Assembly: GCA_964016885.1 (NCBI GenBank)
Contig: OZ024743.1
Coordinates: forward strand, 68,820,001-68,884,000
DNA: 64,000 nt
DNA from: Eledone cirrhosa
Taxonomy: Eukaryota
Direction: 5' to 3'
Position 1 is the stretch's first letter; each line of letters opens with the position of its first letter. The notes beneath the pieces are model-generated. The model did no database searches. It saw only the letters and a list, made by a program, of their open reading frames with translations, and was not told where the DNA came from. This document shows, piece after piece, positions 13,651 through 26,569 of the stretch. The position numbers and the translations under genes were made by a program.

Positions 13651-14574
13651 GAAAGTATGCTTGCTGTTGTTGTTACTGTTATTGGTATTACTAAAGTTAT
13701 TGGTGTTTCTCTTGTTTCTGTTGTTGATATTACTATCGTATGTGATGTTGTTGTTACTGTGGTTGTTACTGTGGTTGTTACTGCTGTTGTTACTGTTGTT
13801 GTTACTTTTGTTGTTACTGTGGTTGTTACTGTTGTTGTTACTGCTGTTGTTACTGTTGTTGTTACTGTTGTTACTTTTGCCGTAGTTATTATTATCGACG
13901 TTATTGCTCTTGTTGTTGTTACTGTTGTTATTACTTAAGCCATTGTTGTTGTTGCTACTGTTGTTGTTACTGCTGTTGTAGTTATTATTATCGACGTTAT
14001 TGCTCTTGTTGTTGTTACTGTTGTTATTACTTAAGCCATTATTGCTGTTGTTGTTGTTACTGTTGTTATTACTTAAGCCATTATTGTTGTTGCTACTGTT
14101 GTTGTTACTGCTGCTGTAGTTATTATTATCGACGTTATTGTTGTTGTTGTTGATGTTGTCGTTACTGTTGATGTTACTGTTGTTGTTACTGTTTCAGTAG
14201 TTATTATTGCCGATGTTATTGATGCTGTGGTTGTTACTGTTGTTGTTATTGTTGATTTTGTTGTTACTTTTGCTGTAGTTATTATTATCGACGTTATTGT
14301 TGTTGTTGTTGTTGTTGTTAGTGTTGTTGTTACTGTTGTTGTTACTGTTGCTGTAGTTATTATTGCCGTTGTTGTTGTTACTGCTGTTGAGGTCATCTTT
14401 GCCTTTCACCCTGCCTTCTGAGAATGAAGAAATATAATACCAGTGATCTACTAGGGACAAATAAAATTGAATTAATCTTCTCCACAAATTACGTGTCTTG
14501 AGCATAAATTTGAAATCACTATTATTGATATTAATGGCGATGTTGATATTGGTGCTATTATTGTTGTTATTGAT

Positions 14575-14594
14575 GTTATCTTCTGTGCTGCTGA

Positions 14595-14625
<31 letters not shown>

Positions 14626-15810
14626 ACTACTATTTGTTGTTATTGATGTCATCCTCTGTGCTGCTGCTGTTGTTGTTGTTATTGTTATTGTTGCTACTAT
14701 TTGTTGTTATTATTGTTATCATTTGTGCCGCTGTTGTTGTTGTTATTGTTATTGTTGCTACTATTTGTTGTTATTATTGTTATCATTTGTGCTGCTGTTG
14801 TTGTTGTTATTGTTATTGTTGCTACTATTTGTTGTTATTGTTGTTATCGTTTGTGCTGCTGATGTAGTTGTTATTGTTATTGTTGCTACTATTTGTTGTT
14901 ATTGTTATCATTTGTGCCGCTGTTGTTGTTGTTATTGTTATTGTTGCTACTATTTGTTGTTATTGTTGTTATCATTTGTGCTGCTGATATTGTTGTTATT
15001 GTTATTGTTGCTACTATTTGTTGTTATTGTTATCATTTGTGCCGCTGTTGTTGTTGTTATTGTTATTGTTGCTACTATTTGTTGTTATTGTTATCATTTG
15101 TGCCGCTGTTGTTGTTGTTATTGTTATTGTTGCTACTATTTGTTGTTATTGTTGTTATCGTTTGTGCCGATGTTGTTGTTGTTATTGTTATTGTTGCTAC
15201 TATTTGTTGTTATTGTTGTTATCGTTTGTGCTGCTGATGTTGTTGTTATTGTTATTGTTGCTACTATTTGTTGTTATTGTTGTTATCGTTTGTGCTGCTG
15301 TTGTTGTTGTTATTGTTATTGTTGCTACTATTTGTTGTTATTGTTATCATTTGTGCCGCTGTTGTTGTTGTTATTGTTATTGTTGCTACTATTTGTTGTT
15401 ATTGTTGTTATCGTTTGTGCCGCTGTTGTTGTTGTTATTGTTATTGTTGCTACTATTTGTTGTTATTGTTGTTATCGTTTGTGCTGCTGATGTTGTTGTT
15501 ATTGTTATTGTTGCTACTATTTGTTGTTATTGTTATCATTTGTGCCGCTGTTGTTGTTGTTATTGTTATTGTTGCTACTATTTGTTGTTATTGTTGTTAT
15601 CATTTGTGCTGCTGTTGTTGTTGTTGTTGTTATTGTTGCTACTATTTGTTGTTATTGTTGTTATCATTTGTGCTGCTGTTGTTGTTGTTATTGTTATTGT
15701 TGCTACTATTTGTTGTTATTGTTGTTATCATTTGTGCTGCTGATATTGTTGTTATTGTTATTGTTGCTACTATTTGTTGTTATTGTTGTTATCATTTGGG
15801 CTGCTGATGT
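14575..15810. repeat. ~61-64-bp minisatellite (about 19 units)
   Basis: Unit ttgctactatttgttgttattgttgttatcatttgtgctgctgttgttgttgttattgttattg; 14691 to 14755 = 64 bp. Confidence 0.92.
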
Positions 15811-16071
15811 TGTTGTAATATTGGTGTTGTCATTGTCGTTGTCATTTGAGTTGTTGTTGTTGTTATAGTTGTTGCTATTGGTGCTAACATTGTTGTTATT
15901 GCTGTCGTCACTTGAGCTGCTGCTGTTGCTGTTGCTATTAGTGCCAATAATGTTGTTATTTTTGCTGTCATCTGTGCAGTTGTTGCTATTGTTATGGTTG
16001 ATATTTATTGTCATTTTTACTGTTGTCAGTTATGACAAGTTTTTGTTATAATTAATGCATTATTATGATTA

Positions 16072-17750
16072 CTGCGGAAGCTGGAGCTGTTGCATGGCAT
16101 CCCACTCGAACCGGGACGTGGAATGTCGGTGTCGGATTATGCGGACGACATCACCCTGCTGGTGTCGGAGATCTCAGAAATCGAGGTGATCGGCAACTTA
16201 TTGAAGGATTATACAAGGTTGACAGGAACCAAACTTAACCCGAAAAAGTCGGTGGGCTTGCAGCTGGGAACCTGGAGAGGCAAGCCCATAACGTCCAACA
16301 GCGTCGTGGGGCGCTGGACGGACGGACCGGTAAAGTTGCTCGGGGTTTGGTTCGGGCCAGACCTCCAGCTGTATAAGAATTGGGATAAGGTAACGAGCAG
16401 AGTAGCCAGTCTCACCCAAATTTGGGCTGGGAGGAATCTATCACTGAAAGGTGGCGAATGCGTACATCGCGTCTGTCATCTACTACCGCCTCACCGTCGT
16501 GCCTTGCCCCCGTCCGCGGCTCGTCAAGTTGTAAGGGCTCCTCTTCAAACTCTTGTGGAGGGGCGGCATCCTCTACATGGAGGGCTGTGCATGTCATGGA
16601 TAATGATGCGCAGACATGCGCTGTGGCTGAGATATATCGAGATATTCTGCCTAAAAGGTGAACAGGTGTGGTCGCCGTTTATCAGACGGGCCTTTCCGCA
16701 GCTCGTTTCTTTGACTGAGCTGCAGTCCTGGGTCAAGAAGAGACCGATACTGGGTGACTGGCACCTGGAATTTTGCCAGGCACTCACTTCCCTCTACCAA
16801 GAGGGCAATGCGATCAGTGGAACTTCCACACTCGAGTTCTATAGAGGATTAGTGGTGGGCAAGTGCGATGACGCACTCGGAGAAGCTTTGGGCCTCGACC
16901 AAGTCGAACTGGCCAGTTTGTACAGGAGGACTTTAGAGTCGGGGACGATGAACAATTTCCAGAAGTCTCTCGCTTGGCAGTGCTACCGGGGGGCACTGCC
17001 AGTTCGGGATAAACTCTACAGGCACGGAGGTGCTGTCAGACGGACCTGCCCAAGAGGCGCACAGAACGACGAAACCGTTCTGCACGCACTTGTCCAATGT
17101 CCGTGCATTACTGACTTGTGGAGTTCTGTCGAACAGCTACTGTCACGTGTGGAACGGATCCGGCTATCGGCCGAGTACATAGTGAAGATCGACCCGCCAC
17201 CTTCCTTAGGTCAGGAAGAGCAGGCAATTTTCCGCTGTCTGGTGGCCGTTGCGAAAGAGGTTATATGGTGGACCAGGCTGAAAGGTTTGAAGACAAACAC
17301 TTTTCTCTTCGGCCAATTCCTCATCAACTTCTTCATGTTTCACCTGAAAAGGAGGTGAGGGTGAAGAGAGAAGTGCTGCCCCCCAGTACATTTGCTAAAG
17401 GGTGCATGAATGTGGCGAGAATGGCCCGTGTGAATGGGCCTACTCTGACCATGCGCCTATAGGCTAGCTAACCTGAGGAGAGGGTTGCGCTCCCTGGGTG
17501 CCCTAGAAGCGCAGGGTGGTTCAGGTTTGGTGGGGCACCTGAGTTACCCTGGGTCGTCCACCTCCTATAGGGGAATGTATTTTGTTATATTAACGCATAG
17601 TTTATTTTATATTTTGTATATCTTCATTGTTGAATTGGTCTTGCCATTGTGCAATTTTACTCGACCTTTTTGTAAACCCCCACTGTCCCTGTCTTTGTAT
17701 TGTCCCCTACATGTAGGCCCTTGTGGCCAATAAATGAAATCATCATCATT
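16072..17750 (+). mobile_element. 5'-truncated Tx1/L1-clade LINE (RT C-terminus + zf-RVT-type Cys domain + 3' UTR)
   Basis: SDYADDITLL, KLNPKKS, VKLLGVWFG, W..RNLSLKG, SLAWQCYRGALPVRDKL, CPR..NDETVLHAL.QCP; AATAAA then (ATC)/(ATT) tail; internal frameshifts. Confidence 0.85.
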
Positions 17751-17789
17751 ATTATTATTATTATTATTATTATAATTGTTATTGTTATT

Positions 17790-18868
17790 CCTTGAATCTC
17801 AGTCATTGATGTTGGTTAACTGGAAAGTCCGTTGGATTGAATATCAAGCCACTACCTGCAGCCTCAGATATTCAGGACGTATCGGAGGGTTCTTGCTGTT
17901 CCAAGCAAGCATGCCTTTTGAAGCGTTCCAAAAAGCGTGAAGGGGCCGATTTTCTTTAACCATCCCTGGAAACTTTTGGAGATAGTCCCCATTGCGCCTA
18001 TGACAATCGGGATCACTTTGACTTCATGGCAGTTCCAAATCCTTTTCACCTCCCACTTTAGGTCCTGGTATCGGTTAATTTTCTCCCTCTCCTTCTCTTG
18101 CACTCTCGTGTCGAACGGGCAGGCCACATCCACAATCAGGCACGATCTTTTTTCTTTGTCCACAACCACCAGGTCAGGTCTATTGTGTTCCAGTTTTTTG
18201 TCCGTCTGTATCCTAAAATCCCACAGCACCTTCACCTGATTGTTCTCCATCACCGCCTCTGGCCTATGCTCATACCATTTCTCAGAATGTGGTAGATTGT
18301 TTACTTTGCACAGGTGCCAGTGGATCACCCTGCCCATCACATCGTGTCTCCAGCCCTTATAGTTGGTCTGGGCTAGGTGTTTACACTCGGACACAATGTG
18401 AGCCACAGTCTCCTCTCTCTCTCCACAGATCCTGCACAGTGGGCTGGCCTCCTCCTTGTAGATATGGTGCTTCAACCACTTCGTTTTGAGGGCCTGCTCC
18501 TGCGCAGCCATTAGCATTCCTTCTGTAGCCTTTTTGAGGTCTCCTCTTCTCAACCAGTTCCATGTCTGTGGATCTCTAAATTCAGTTTTCTCAAAGAAGG
18601 TACTATGAAGGGGTTTTCCCTTAAGGCTGCTCTTCCTCCTTGATGTTATTTCCTCCCTGGACATCCCCTGGCCTACTGTCCCCTCCTTCAGTACAGCTCT
18701 GAGCATTGGCTCCTTACTATAGGTCACGTATTTGTATAGGTTGTTTTTCTCCATCTGAACACAGTCCTCTATGCTGATAAGACCTCTTCCACCCTCAGAT
18801 CTCCTTAGGTAGAGTCTATCGACATCACTCCTCTTGTGGAACATGTGGTAGATAGTCAATAGCTTCCT
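17790..18868 (-). mobile_element. 5'-truncated R4/Dong-clade LINE (RT end, CCHC, restriction-like endonuclease)
   Basis: Open frame 18868 to 17864: DRLYLRRSEGGRGL, MAAQEQAL, CRICGEREETVAHIVSEC, RHD, HNRPDLVVVD..IVDVACPFD, KINRYQDL; (TAA)n on both sides. Confidence 0.9.
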
Positions 18869-18869
18869 A

Positions 18870-18943
<74 letters not shown>

Positions 18944-18944
18944 G

Positions 18945-19195
18945 CGTTCAAATCCACCGAGGTTAACTTTGCCTTTCATCCTTACGGGGTCGATGAAATA
19001 AAGTACCAGTAATGCACTGGTTAATTGCTGGTCTTGTGCCAAAAGTAGAAATAATAATAATAATAATAATTATTATTATTATTATTATTAGTATTAGTTG
19101 ACTTTGTCTTTCATCCTTACGGGGTCGATAAAATAAAGTACCAGTGATGCACTGGGTAATTGCTGGCCTTGTGCCTAAAGTAGAAACAATTATTA
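18945..19195 (+). mobile_element. two 5'-truncated SINE copies in tandem with (AAT/ATT)n tails
   Basis: Core ctttcatccttacggggtcga and tail ggccttgtgcc..agtagaaa occur twice. Confidence 0.85.
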
Positions 19196-19205
19196 TTATT
19201 ATTAC

Positions 19206-19312
<107 letters not shown>

Positions 19313-19329
19313 CAAATAATACTAGTAGT

Positions 19330-20522
19330 AGCCTCAGCCGGAATAGACTCAGCAATTGATCTCCACGTAGGTCTGTCGTTCATTGCCGTTGTCAAGTTCT
19401 GGATTTCAATACCAGAATCATTGGACATGACATCGGGATAGGAGAGCTTGCAACCCCTGTTACTAGGGATTGCTTGTGGTTTCCAAAGCACTAATGGGCA
19501 CATAGTCTCTGAGGTTGCCCAATGACAGTGTCCAGCAAATCTTACTCTCCGCTTACGTACCTCGACAGATATGCGTTGGTGACCGTCATATATTTCTTAC
19601 AAAGTCAGATGTCGCCAGCTTATGTTCTGAATGTGTCGAAGTAGTTGAGTGTAGGTGCCATCAAGGCGCTTTTGTTGGCAGGATTGGTTGAATCGTTACT
19701 TGGAGGAGTCTGATTTTGGTGCGTTTGTAAAGATTTGAGCGCCAGATATGATCCATCTTGTTGCAAACTGACGATGCTTCGGCCTTTCTGGTGGAAAAAT
19801 CCTTCTCAGAGTCCATGATCCACGACCCAAGATACTTGAAATCTCCGACTTGCTTGAGATCACTGCCGCTGATTGCTTTGATGCTGTTGCCTGTATAGGT
19901 TGATATGTACTCTGTTTTACCCTCGTTGAGATGAAGGCCAGCGAGAGCGGCTGCTTCCTGGAGAGTTGTCAAAATTTGTTGCGCACATTCTAGGAAATCT
20001 GCAAGAAGTGCAATGACATCTTCAAAGTCAAGATGTTTAGAGGGATACCTAGAGTTCATGCGGAGTTTGATGGTTGTATCTTTGTTAATCATTTTCTCAA
20101 TTGAGAGTCTCAGGCCGTAGTCTAGTTCAATGATAGAGAGGAATAGGTCAAGAGTGTCACCCTGGAGCACTCCTGCTGAGATGTCAAAGAACTCGGTTGG
20201 GCCATCAGGGATAATGATAGTGGCACTTGTGTTGAGATATAGAGCCTTAATTGCTTCCACAAGTCTTCCTGGGATGCCATACATGGGTAGAATTTCAAAC
20301 AGTATGCGGTCAAAAGCTTTTCTAAAGTCAACAAAATCTAAATTCATTTCTGTTAGAGTTTCTCATCTCTTCCACTACTCTTCTCAAGGCCGTAATATGT
20401 GAAAGTGTTGATCTACCACACCTAAAACCGTTTTGGTTCATATGAAGGATTGAATCAACATACGAAACTATACGGTTGCGGATTAGCTTATTGTACATCT
20501 TGGCAGCAATGGGCATAATTGA
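19330..20522 (-). pseudogene. RTE-clade LINE reverse transcriptase remnant to 3' end
   Basis: AAKMYNK..NQNGFR.GRST, FVDFRKAFD, GVLQGDTL, FKYLGS, AMNDRPTWR; frameshifts; bounded by (AGT)n on both sides. Confidence 0.88.
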
Positions 20523-20523
20523 T

Positions 20524-20629
<106 letters not shown>

Positions 20630-20724
20630 AAGTAGTAGTAGTAGTTTCTGTTATTTTCTTCTCTTCCATAACAATTAACTACACAGTTTATTTCCAGATC
20701 CCGACAGCTGATTGAATTATATTC

Positions 20725-21600
20725 TTCAATGTTGTTGTTGCTGTTGTTGCTGTTGTTGCTGTTGTTGTTGTTGTATCTGCAGTAAATGCTGTTGTTCTTG
20801 TAAAACTGTGTTTTTGTTGTCATTATATTTGTTGTGATTGTCATTGTTTTTTTGTTGTTTGACATGTTATTTTATTGTTTTTATGGCTGATGATATTGTT
20901 GTTGTATTTGCAGTAAACATTGTTGTTCTTGTAAACTTGTTTTTATTATCATTATATCTTTTGATATTATTGTTATTGTTTTTATATCTGATATTGTTAT
21001 TGTTGTTATTATTGAAGTGTATTTGTATCAGCTGTCATCACTGTCAACACTTTTTTGTAGATATTTAATCAGCTGCCATGTTTGTTTGATGCTCTGGTTG
21101 TTATTGTTGTTGTTGTTGCTTCTGTAATTGCAATAGCAATAGTTGTTGTTACTTTAATGGATGTAGTAATAGTGGTTATTGTTGTTGTTGTGGATACAGT
21201 AATTGCTGTAGTAATAGTGGTTATTGTTGTTGTTGTTTTTGCTATTGCGACTGTTGCAGATGTTGCTAATGTTGCTGTAAATGCAGTTGTTGATGTTGTT
21301 GCTCTTGTGCATGTCGATGACTTCGTTGCTGCTGCAGTTTTTCTTGCATCAATTTATATTGCTGTTGTTCTTTATGTTGCAGTTGTGACTGATGCAGTTG
21401 TTACATTAATTTATGCTGCTGTTGTTCCTTTTTTTTCCTGCTGCTGCTGTTGCTGTTGTTGCTGTTGCAGATACTGCTGCTCATTTTGCTGCTGTTGTTG
21501 TTGCAGATACTGCCGTTGCTGATGTTGCTGCTGAAGATGCTGCTGCTGTCGTTGCTAATTTTCTTGTTGTTTCTAATCCAGCTTCAAATATTGTCTTTAT
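20725..21600. repeat. degenerate (GTT/GCT)n field
   Basis: Triplet-periodic low-complexity sequence. Confidence 0.8.
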
Positions 21601-21897
21601 AGTTGATATTGGTTCTTTCACACCTAATTAGCTCTATCTTACGATGACAGACCTTCTGGACATGACCACCGCATATACATCATGTTATACATTCCCACAA
21701 CACATTCTGGACTAATTAAATATGTTCGACCTTTTTTTAAGTTGTAGGATGTCACATGTGGGATGTATGGCTACTTCTTCTAGCAGGGCTTGTGACAATG
21801 TGATGACAACCCTCAGGTGTACCGATCTCTGCTACTCACTGTTTTCATTAGAATTGTTATTGTTGTTATTATTTTGGTGGATTGTCAGTATCGGTAT

Positions 21898-22900
21898 ATA
21901 AAAAACATCCTCACACAAGCCAAAATCCAACCAACCCTCACAATGAACCCTACAGTAAAAAAATGTGGAAGACCCAACTGTGGCATGTGCATAAATCTAA
22001 TAGAAGGTTCAACATTCCATTTTAAACAAGGACAACATTTCACAGTTAAACACAACATTACATGTGCATCTGAAAACCTAATCTATGTTTTGACCTGCTT
22101 AGGTTGTAAAGAGCACTACATAGGACAGACTAAAAACAGCCTCCGACAACGTATGACCGTCCACAGATCACAAATCAAAATACAGGAATACAGAAAGATT
22201 GCTTTTAGTGAACATATCGCCAATTGTACACCTAACCAACACCCAAACTTTAAATTGTTCCCATACGTACTTCATTAACAAATTCCAACCTCTACTTAAT
22301 GGACTAAACTTCGGACTAAACGAAAACTGGAACGAACAATGAACCAAAACCAAATCCCTATGTTCTCTAAAGAGATACCTCCCTGACACCCTACCTAATC
22401 CTTTTTCTTATATAATTGAAATACCCCCTCTCCTTTCTCTCTCCCCTACCTGACCACCCTGAAATACCTTCCCCTTCATATTAACACTCTAAAAAGGGAA
22501 ATCATATCAAACCCCAGACTACCATTTGCCTCCATCATGGATCAACTAAGCATTCTTGCCATAATAACACATTTCGAACTGCTTATCTTCAAGAACTATG
22601 CCTGTAAATAATATTATGTTTTCTTTCCCATTACCTTATTATGTTCAACATTAGCCCCACCCCGCACTTTTTCTTTTTTCTTTTCACTTGAAAAACCTTG
22701 TTTGTAAATAACATTATTCTTTCTTCACCATTTCCTTAACATGTTCAACATCACCATTTTACACCAATACATATTCCTCCCTTTGATAATGCATAAATGG
22801 TGAAACCGGTAATAGACAATTATTAAATATATAAATAAATAAATAAATGGCATTGTTAATTAATAAATAAATTAACTAATACCTTAACACTTCACACAAA
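21898..22900 (+). mobile_element. 5'-truncated Penelope-like element (Neptune-like): Zn linker + GIY-YIG endonuclease + 3' pLTR
   Basis: CGRPNCGMC linker, NLIYVLTCLGC..HYIGQT..LRQRMTVH; decayed HHR ttgataa...GAAACCGGTA at about 22783-22812 followed by AATAAA. Confidence 0.8.
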
Positions 22901-23626
22901 TTAAAATATTTTGTTTTAAACATTTCCTAACCCAGAAAAAAAGAGAAAAAATAAAAAGGAAAAGAATATCTTTCTCTCCCTAATAATCGTCCTTTTCTCC
23001 CTATTTTCATATATATATATGAATGTATTTGAGTGAGTGTAAGATATATATATATATATGAATGTATTTGTGTGTGTGTGATATATATATTGTAGTAGAT
23101 ATATATACATTTTGAGATATATATCTTTCTTTTACAAACCACGAGCGTATGTATGTGGTGTTAATAATTAGACGCATTTCCAAGCACAATAAAGAGAAAT
23201 ATTTTATTTAACAACTGCTTCTTCCGTTATATTCCATATGGAAGATTCCAATGAGAATACTTTACTATGTGCAATTCTCATCACAGAAATAATTCTTCAA
23301 AGTTATATATAAAGATCAAATGTTTTAATGTAAAAACATAGCCACCTGCTTTCAAGACTGCCCACATGATTACGCACATATACATAGATATATATACGTA
23401 CACACATATATATTGATCCATTCTCCGATATATGCCTTTCATTACATACATATACTTATATATATACATATATAAATACATACTTGAACGCATATATATA
23501 TTAAACCAGACAGACACACACACACATATATAACATATACAGTGGTAGAGCACTCATAACGTAGTGGTAGAGCACTCATTCCATGGAACGAGTTAGGTAG
23601 AAGTGATTACACAACAGTTAGTTCAC

Positions 23627-23674
23627 CATACAGAGAACAATTTTTCCACCTTAGCGGATCCTCAGTTCGTAATG
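23627..23674 (-). ncRNA. degenerate hammerhead motif in inverted pLTR
   Basis: CTGAGGA-tccgctaaggt-GGAAA-aattgtt. Confidence 0.5.
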
Positions 23675-24165
23675 GATATGGTTATACGGTACAGGAATAC
23701 AACCGTACGAACGCGCATGCCCAGAAACGATCACTTAACACAGGCAATACTAAATTGCGTGCGAGAGGTGTAAGGGAGATAACTGGGAAAGTCCGAAAGT
23801 TTCTAGTTGATAAGAAAATTAGGATTTTGTTGTAATTCAATCCGGAGTTATGTAGTTATCTAAGAGGTGTTTCCAGACGTGTGGACAACGTGTGAAGAAT
23901 TCATTCCTCGTGTTTAGGCAATCAGTATTGCGTAATCTCTTTAGAATATTTATTCGTTCATCAATACATCGTCCACACGACGGATTGCCCCTTGCGTATG
24001 GCTTGGACTTAGTGATGGCTTTCCATTGAATGGAGTAGTCTATACTTGAATCCTTGAGGGACCATACGCTCGCGAGTTTCGTGGATGAACGTCTGTCTGG
24101 GTATCTAAAGGTCGACTGTTGGTTCAGGAAGCGTCTACACAAATTTGCGTCTTATCAACGTCAGT

Positions 24166-26200
24166 ATGGATTTATACGAACTGGATTACTCCCTGAACAA
24201 CATTCCTACTCCCTCCAACCATGTTTACCAAAAGCTTCTCCGACAAAAAGCGGAAGATGTCGTCAGACGTTTAAGATGGTGCGCCCTAGCTTTTGACGGC
24301 AAAATTACAGGCGGCCATAACACCTTCAACCTGAAATCGAGATTCTACCCTCCTAAGGTAACTGAACTTGGTCCTTACGAGGTGGATCTTCTTGACTTAG
24401 TCGATAACATTTCCTTTTGCAAACACCCTAACACCTTTCAAACTAAATTTAGGTCTTCTAATAACACTTCCGTTCTTTCCGACAAAAGTAATAATATTTA
24501 CGAAGTCGACAACACCACTTTCCGCCACTTGGCCCATAACTCTATTACTTCCAAATATAAGAAATCTAACCCTATGGCCTACCACGACATTAATACAGAA
24601 GCCAAAGAACATGCCGCCGCCCTTAATGTAGATAAGAAGCTACAATCTCTAGCTAAGCGGGAGGCGTTCCTCGCCCTGAAAGATCACAAGGTAGACTTTA
24701 CTTCTAACTCCACATGAAGACTAATAAACCCGGCACGCACAGATATGGGACTAGTCGGTAAGGCCATACTTAGAAACATAGTTAAGACCATTAGGACCAA
24801 GTCCAACCTGTCCCAGTGGGAGAACAGCGACTCCGTAATTGAGTGCTTTAACTCCTTCAAATCTAAAAAAGCGAAGTTCACACAGTTTGACATTGTTGAT
24901 TTTTACCCGACGATCTCAAAGACCCTGTTAAAGAAACCGTTGGACGTCGCTACCACTTACACTACCGTCAATGGTTTAGACAGGGAAACCATCGCTCACT
25001 GCCGGAAAACCCTTTTCTTCAACAACGGAGTAGCCAGGGCAAATAAGTCAACAACTTCAGACCTATTCGACTTCTCCATGGAATCGTTTGACAGTGATGA
25101 CGTATGCAACTTGGTTGGTCTATTTATTTTAGACATATTACGTGTTAGATCCCCGGACTTCCATACGGGAATAAACTGCGACGATGGACTGACCTTATCG
25201 AGCCATAAAAGTGGTCACGACCTCGACCGGTTTAAAAAAGATTTAGCTTCTACTTTCAATGAGTTAGGACTTAGGATAACAGTAGCTACCAACCTCTCTA
25301 GCATAGATTTCTTAGACATTAATTTGGACCTTCGCACACACACCTACAGACCCTTCCATAAGCGAAACGAAAAACTCAATTACATTCACAAGGACTCATG
25401 CCACCCTCCCACTGTTTTTAGAAACTTCGTAAATAATATCAGTACTAGAATCTCAAACTCTCCTCTAATAAGGCTATCTTTGACAGGCATCCTACTATAA
25501 CACGGCGTTAGCTAACAACGGCTTCACGCAACCTATCACTTACACTCCCACTAACAACAACAGCAATAAGAAAAGAAAGCGTAACAATAGACAAATTATC
25601 TGGTTCTCTCTTCCCTTCTCACTCAACGTTAAAACCAATGAAGGCAAAACATTTCTAGCCCTCTTAGATAGACACTTTCACATAGGTCATAAATACCTCT
25701 CCATCTTTAACCGACACAAAGTAAAATTAGGATACTCTTGCGCTAAGAACATGAAGGCCCACATCACCAACAGCTCTAAGAGCATCACCCCACCAGGGTG
25801 CTCTTGCCGTAAGCCTTAAGCTTGTCCCCTTAAACAGCAATGCAACACACCCGCTGTAGTTTATGAAGCTGTGGTCACTTCCAACCGACCAAATCAACCA
25901 CAGGAGGTCAAATCCTATGTGGGTATGGCGGTGGACCGATTTAACGAATGCTTTCTGAACCACCAGTCGACCTTTAAGTACCCGGACAGACGTTCATCCA
26001 TGAAACTCGCGAGCAACGTATGGTCCCTCAAGGACTCAAGTATAGACTACGCCATTCAATGGAAAGCCATCACTTGGTCCAAGCCATAAGCATATCCTAA
26101 AGAGATTACGCAATAGTGATTGCCTAAACATGAGATATGAATTGTTCACACGTTGCCACACGTCTGGAAAAACCTCTTACATAACTACATATCTCCGAAT
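24166..26200 (+). pseudogene. PLE RT + C-terminal GIY-YIG polyprotein, disrupted
   Basis: YSLNNIP, SDKSNNIY, LKDHK, RLINP, QFDIVDFYPTIS, CDDGL, DFLDINLDL..YRPFHK, GCSCR..CPL, VVY..SYVG; stops and frameshifts. Confidence 0.88.
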
Positions 26201-26362
26201 TGAAATACAACATCCTAATTTTTTTATCAACTAGAAACTTTCGGACTTTCGCAGTTATCTCCCTTATACCTCTCGCACGCAATTTAGTATTGCCTGTGTG
26301 AAGTAATCGTTTCTACGCATGCGCGTTCGTACGGTTGTTATCCTGTTCCGTATAACCATGTA

Positions 26363-26410
26363 CATTACGAGCTGAGGATCCGCTAAGGTAAAACAATTGT
26401 TCTCGGTATG
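26363..26410 (+). ncRNA. degenerate hammerhead motif in pLTR
   Basis: cgag-CTGAGGA-tccgctaaggt-AAAAC-aattGTT-ctcg; the GAAA box has G changed to A. Confidence 0.55.
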
Positions 26411-26442
26411 GTGAACTAACTGTTGTGCAATCAATTCTATAT

Positions 26443-26474
<32 letters not shown>

Positions 26475-26513
26475 CAGTCACGAAACATAAGTCAATTGTA
26501 TGAACTCGTATTT

Positions 26514-26569
26514 ACCGCTATATATATTTCGATAATAGCCATAGTGTGGCTATGACCTCATCAGGCAGT
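26514..26569 (-). ncRNA. type I hammerhead ribozyme
   Basis: actgc-CTGATGA-ggtcatagcc..ggctattatc-GAAA-tatata-TA-gcggt. Confidence 0.8.

Larger units (their letters stand above)
9790..16030. repeat. (GTT)/(GGT)/(GCT)/(ATT) trinucleotide field with embedded minisatellites
   Basis: About 6 kb of NNT triplets; (GGT/GTT) core at 11500-12335. Confidence 0.95.
23601..26437 (+). mobile_element. near-complete Penelope-like element with 5' inverted copy of its 3' end
   Basis: 23601-24137 is the reverse complement of about 25935-26437; coding remnant lies between; ends at (TA)n. Confidence 0.9.

Noticed and set aside
14575-15810. Regular repeats that might suggest a CRISPR array
   Set aside because: No unique spacers, low complexity, eukaryotic context, no cas genes
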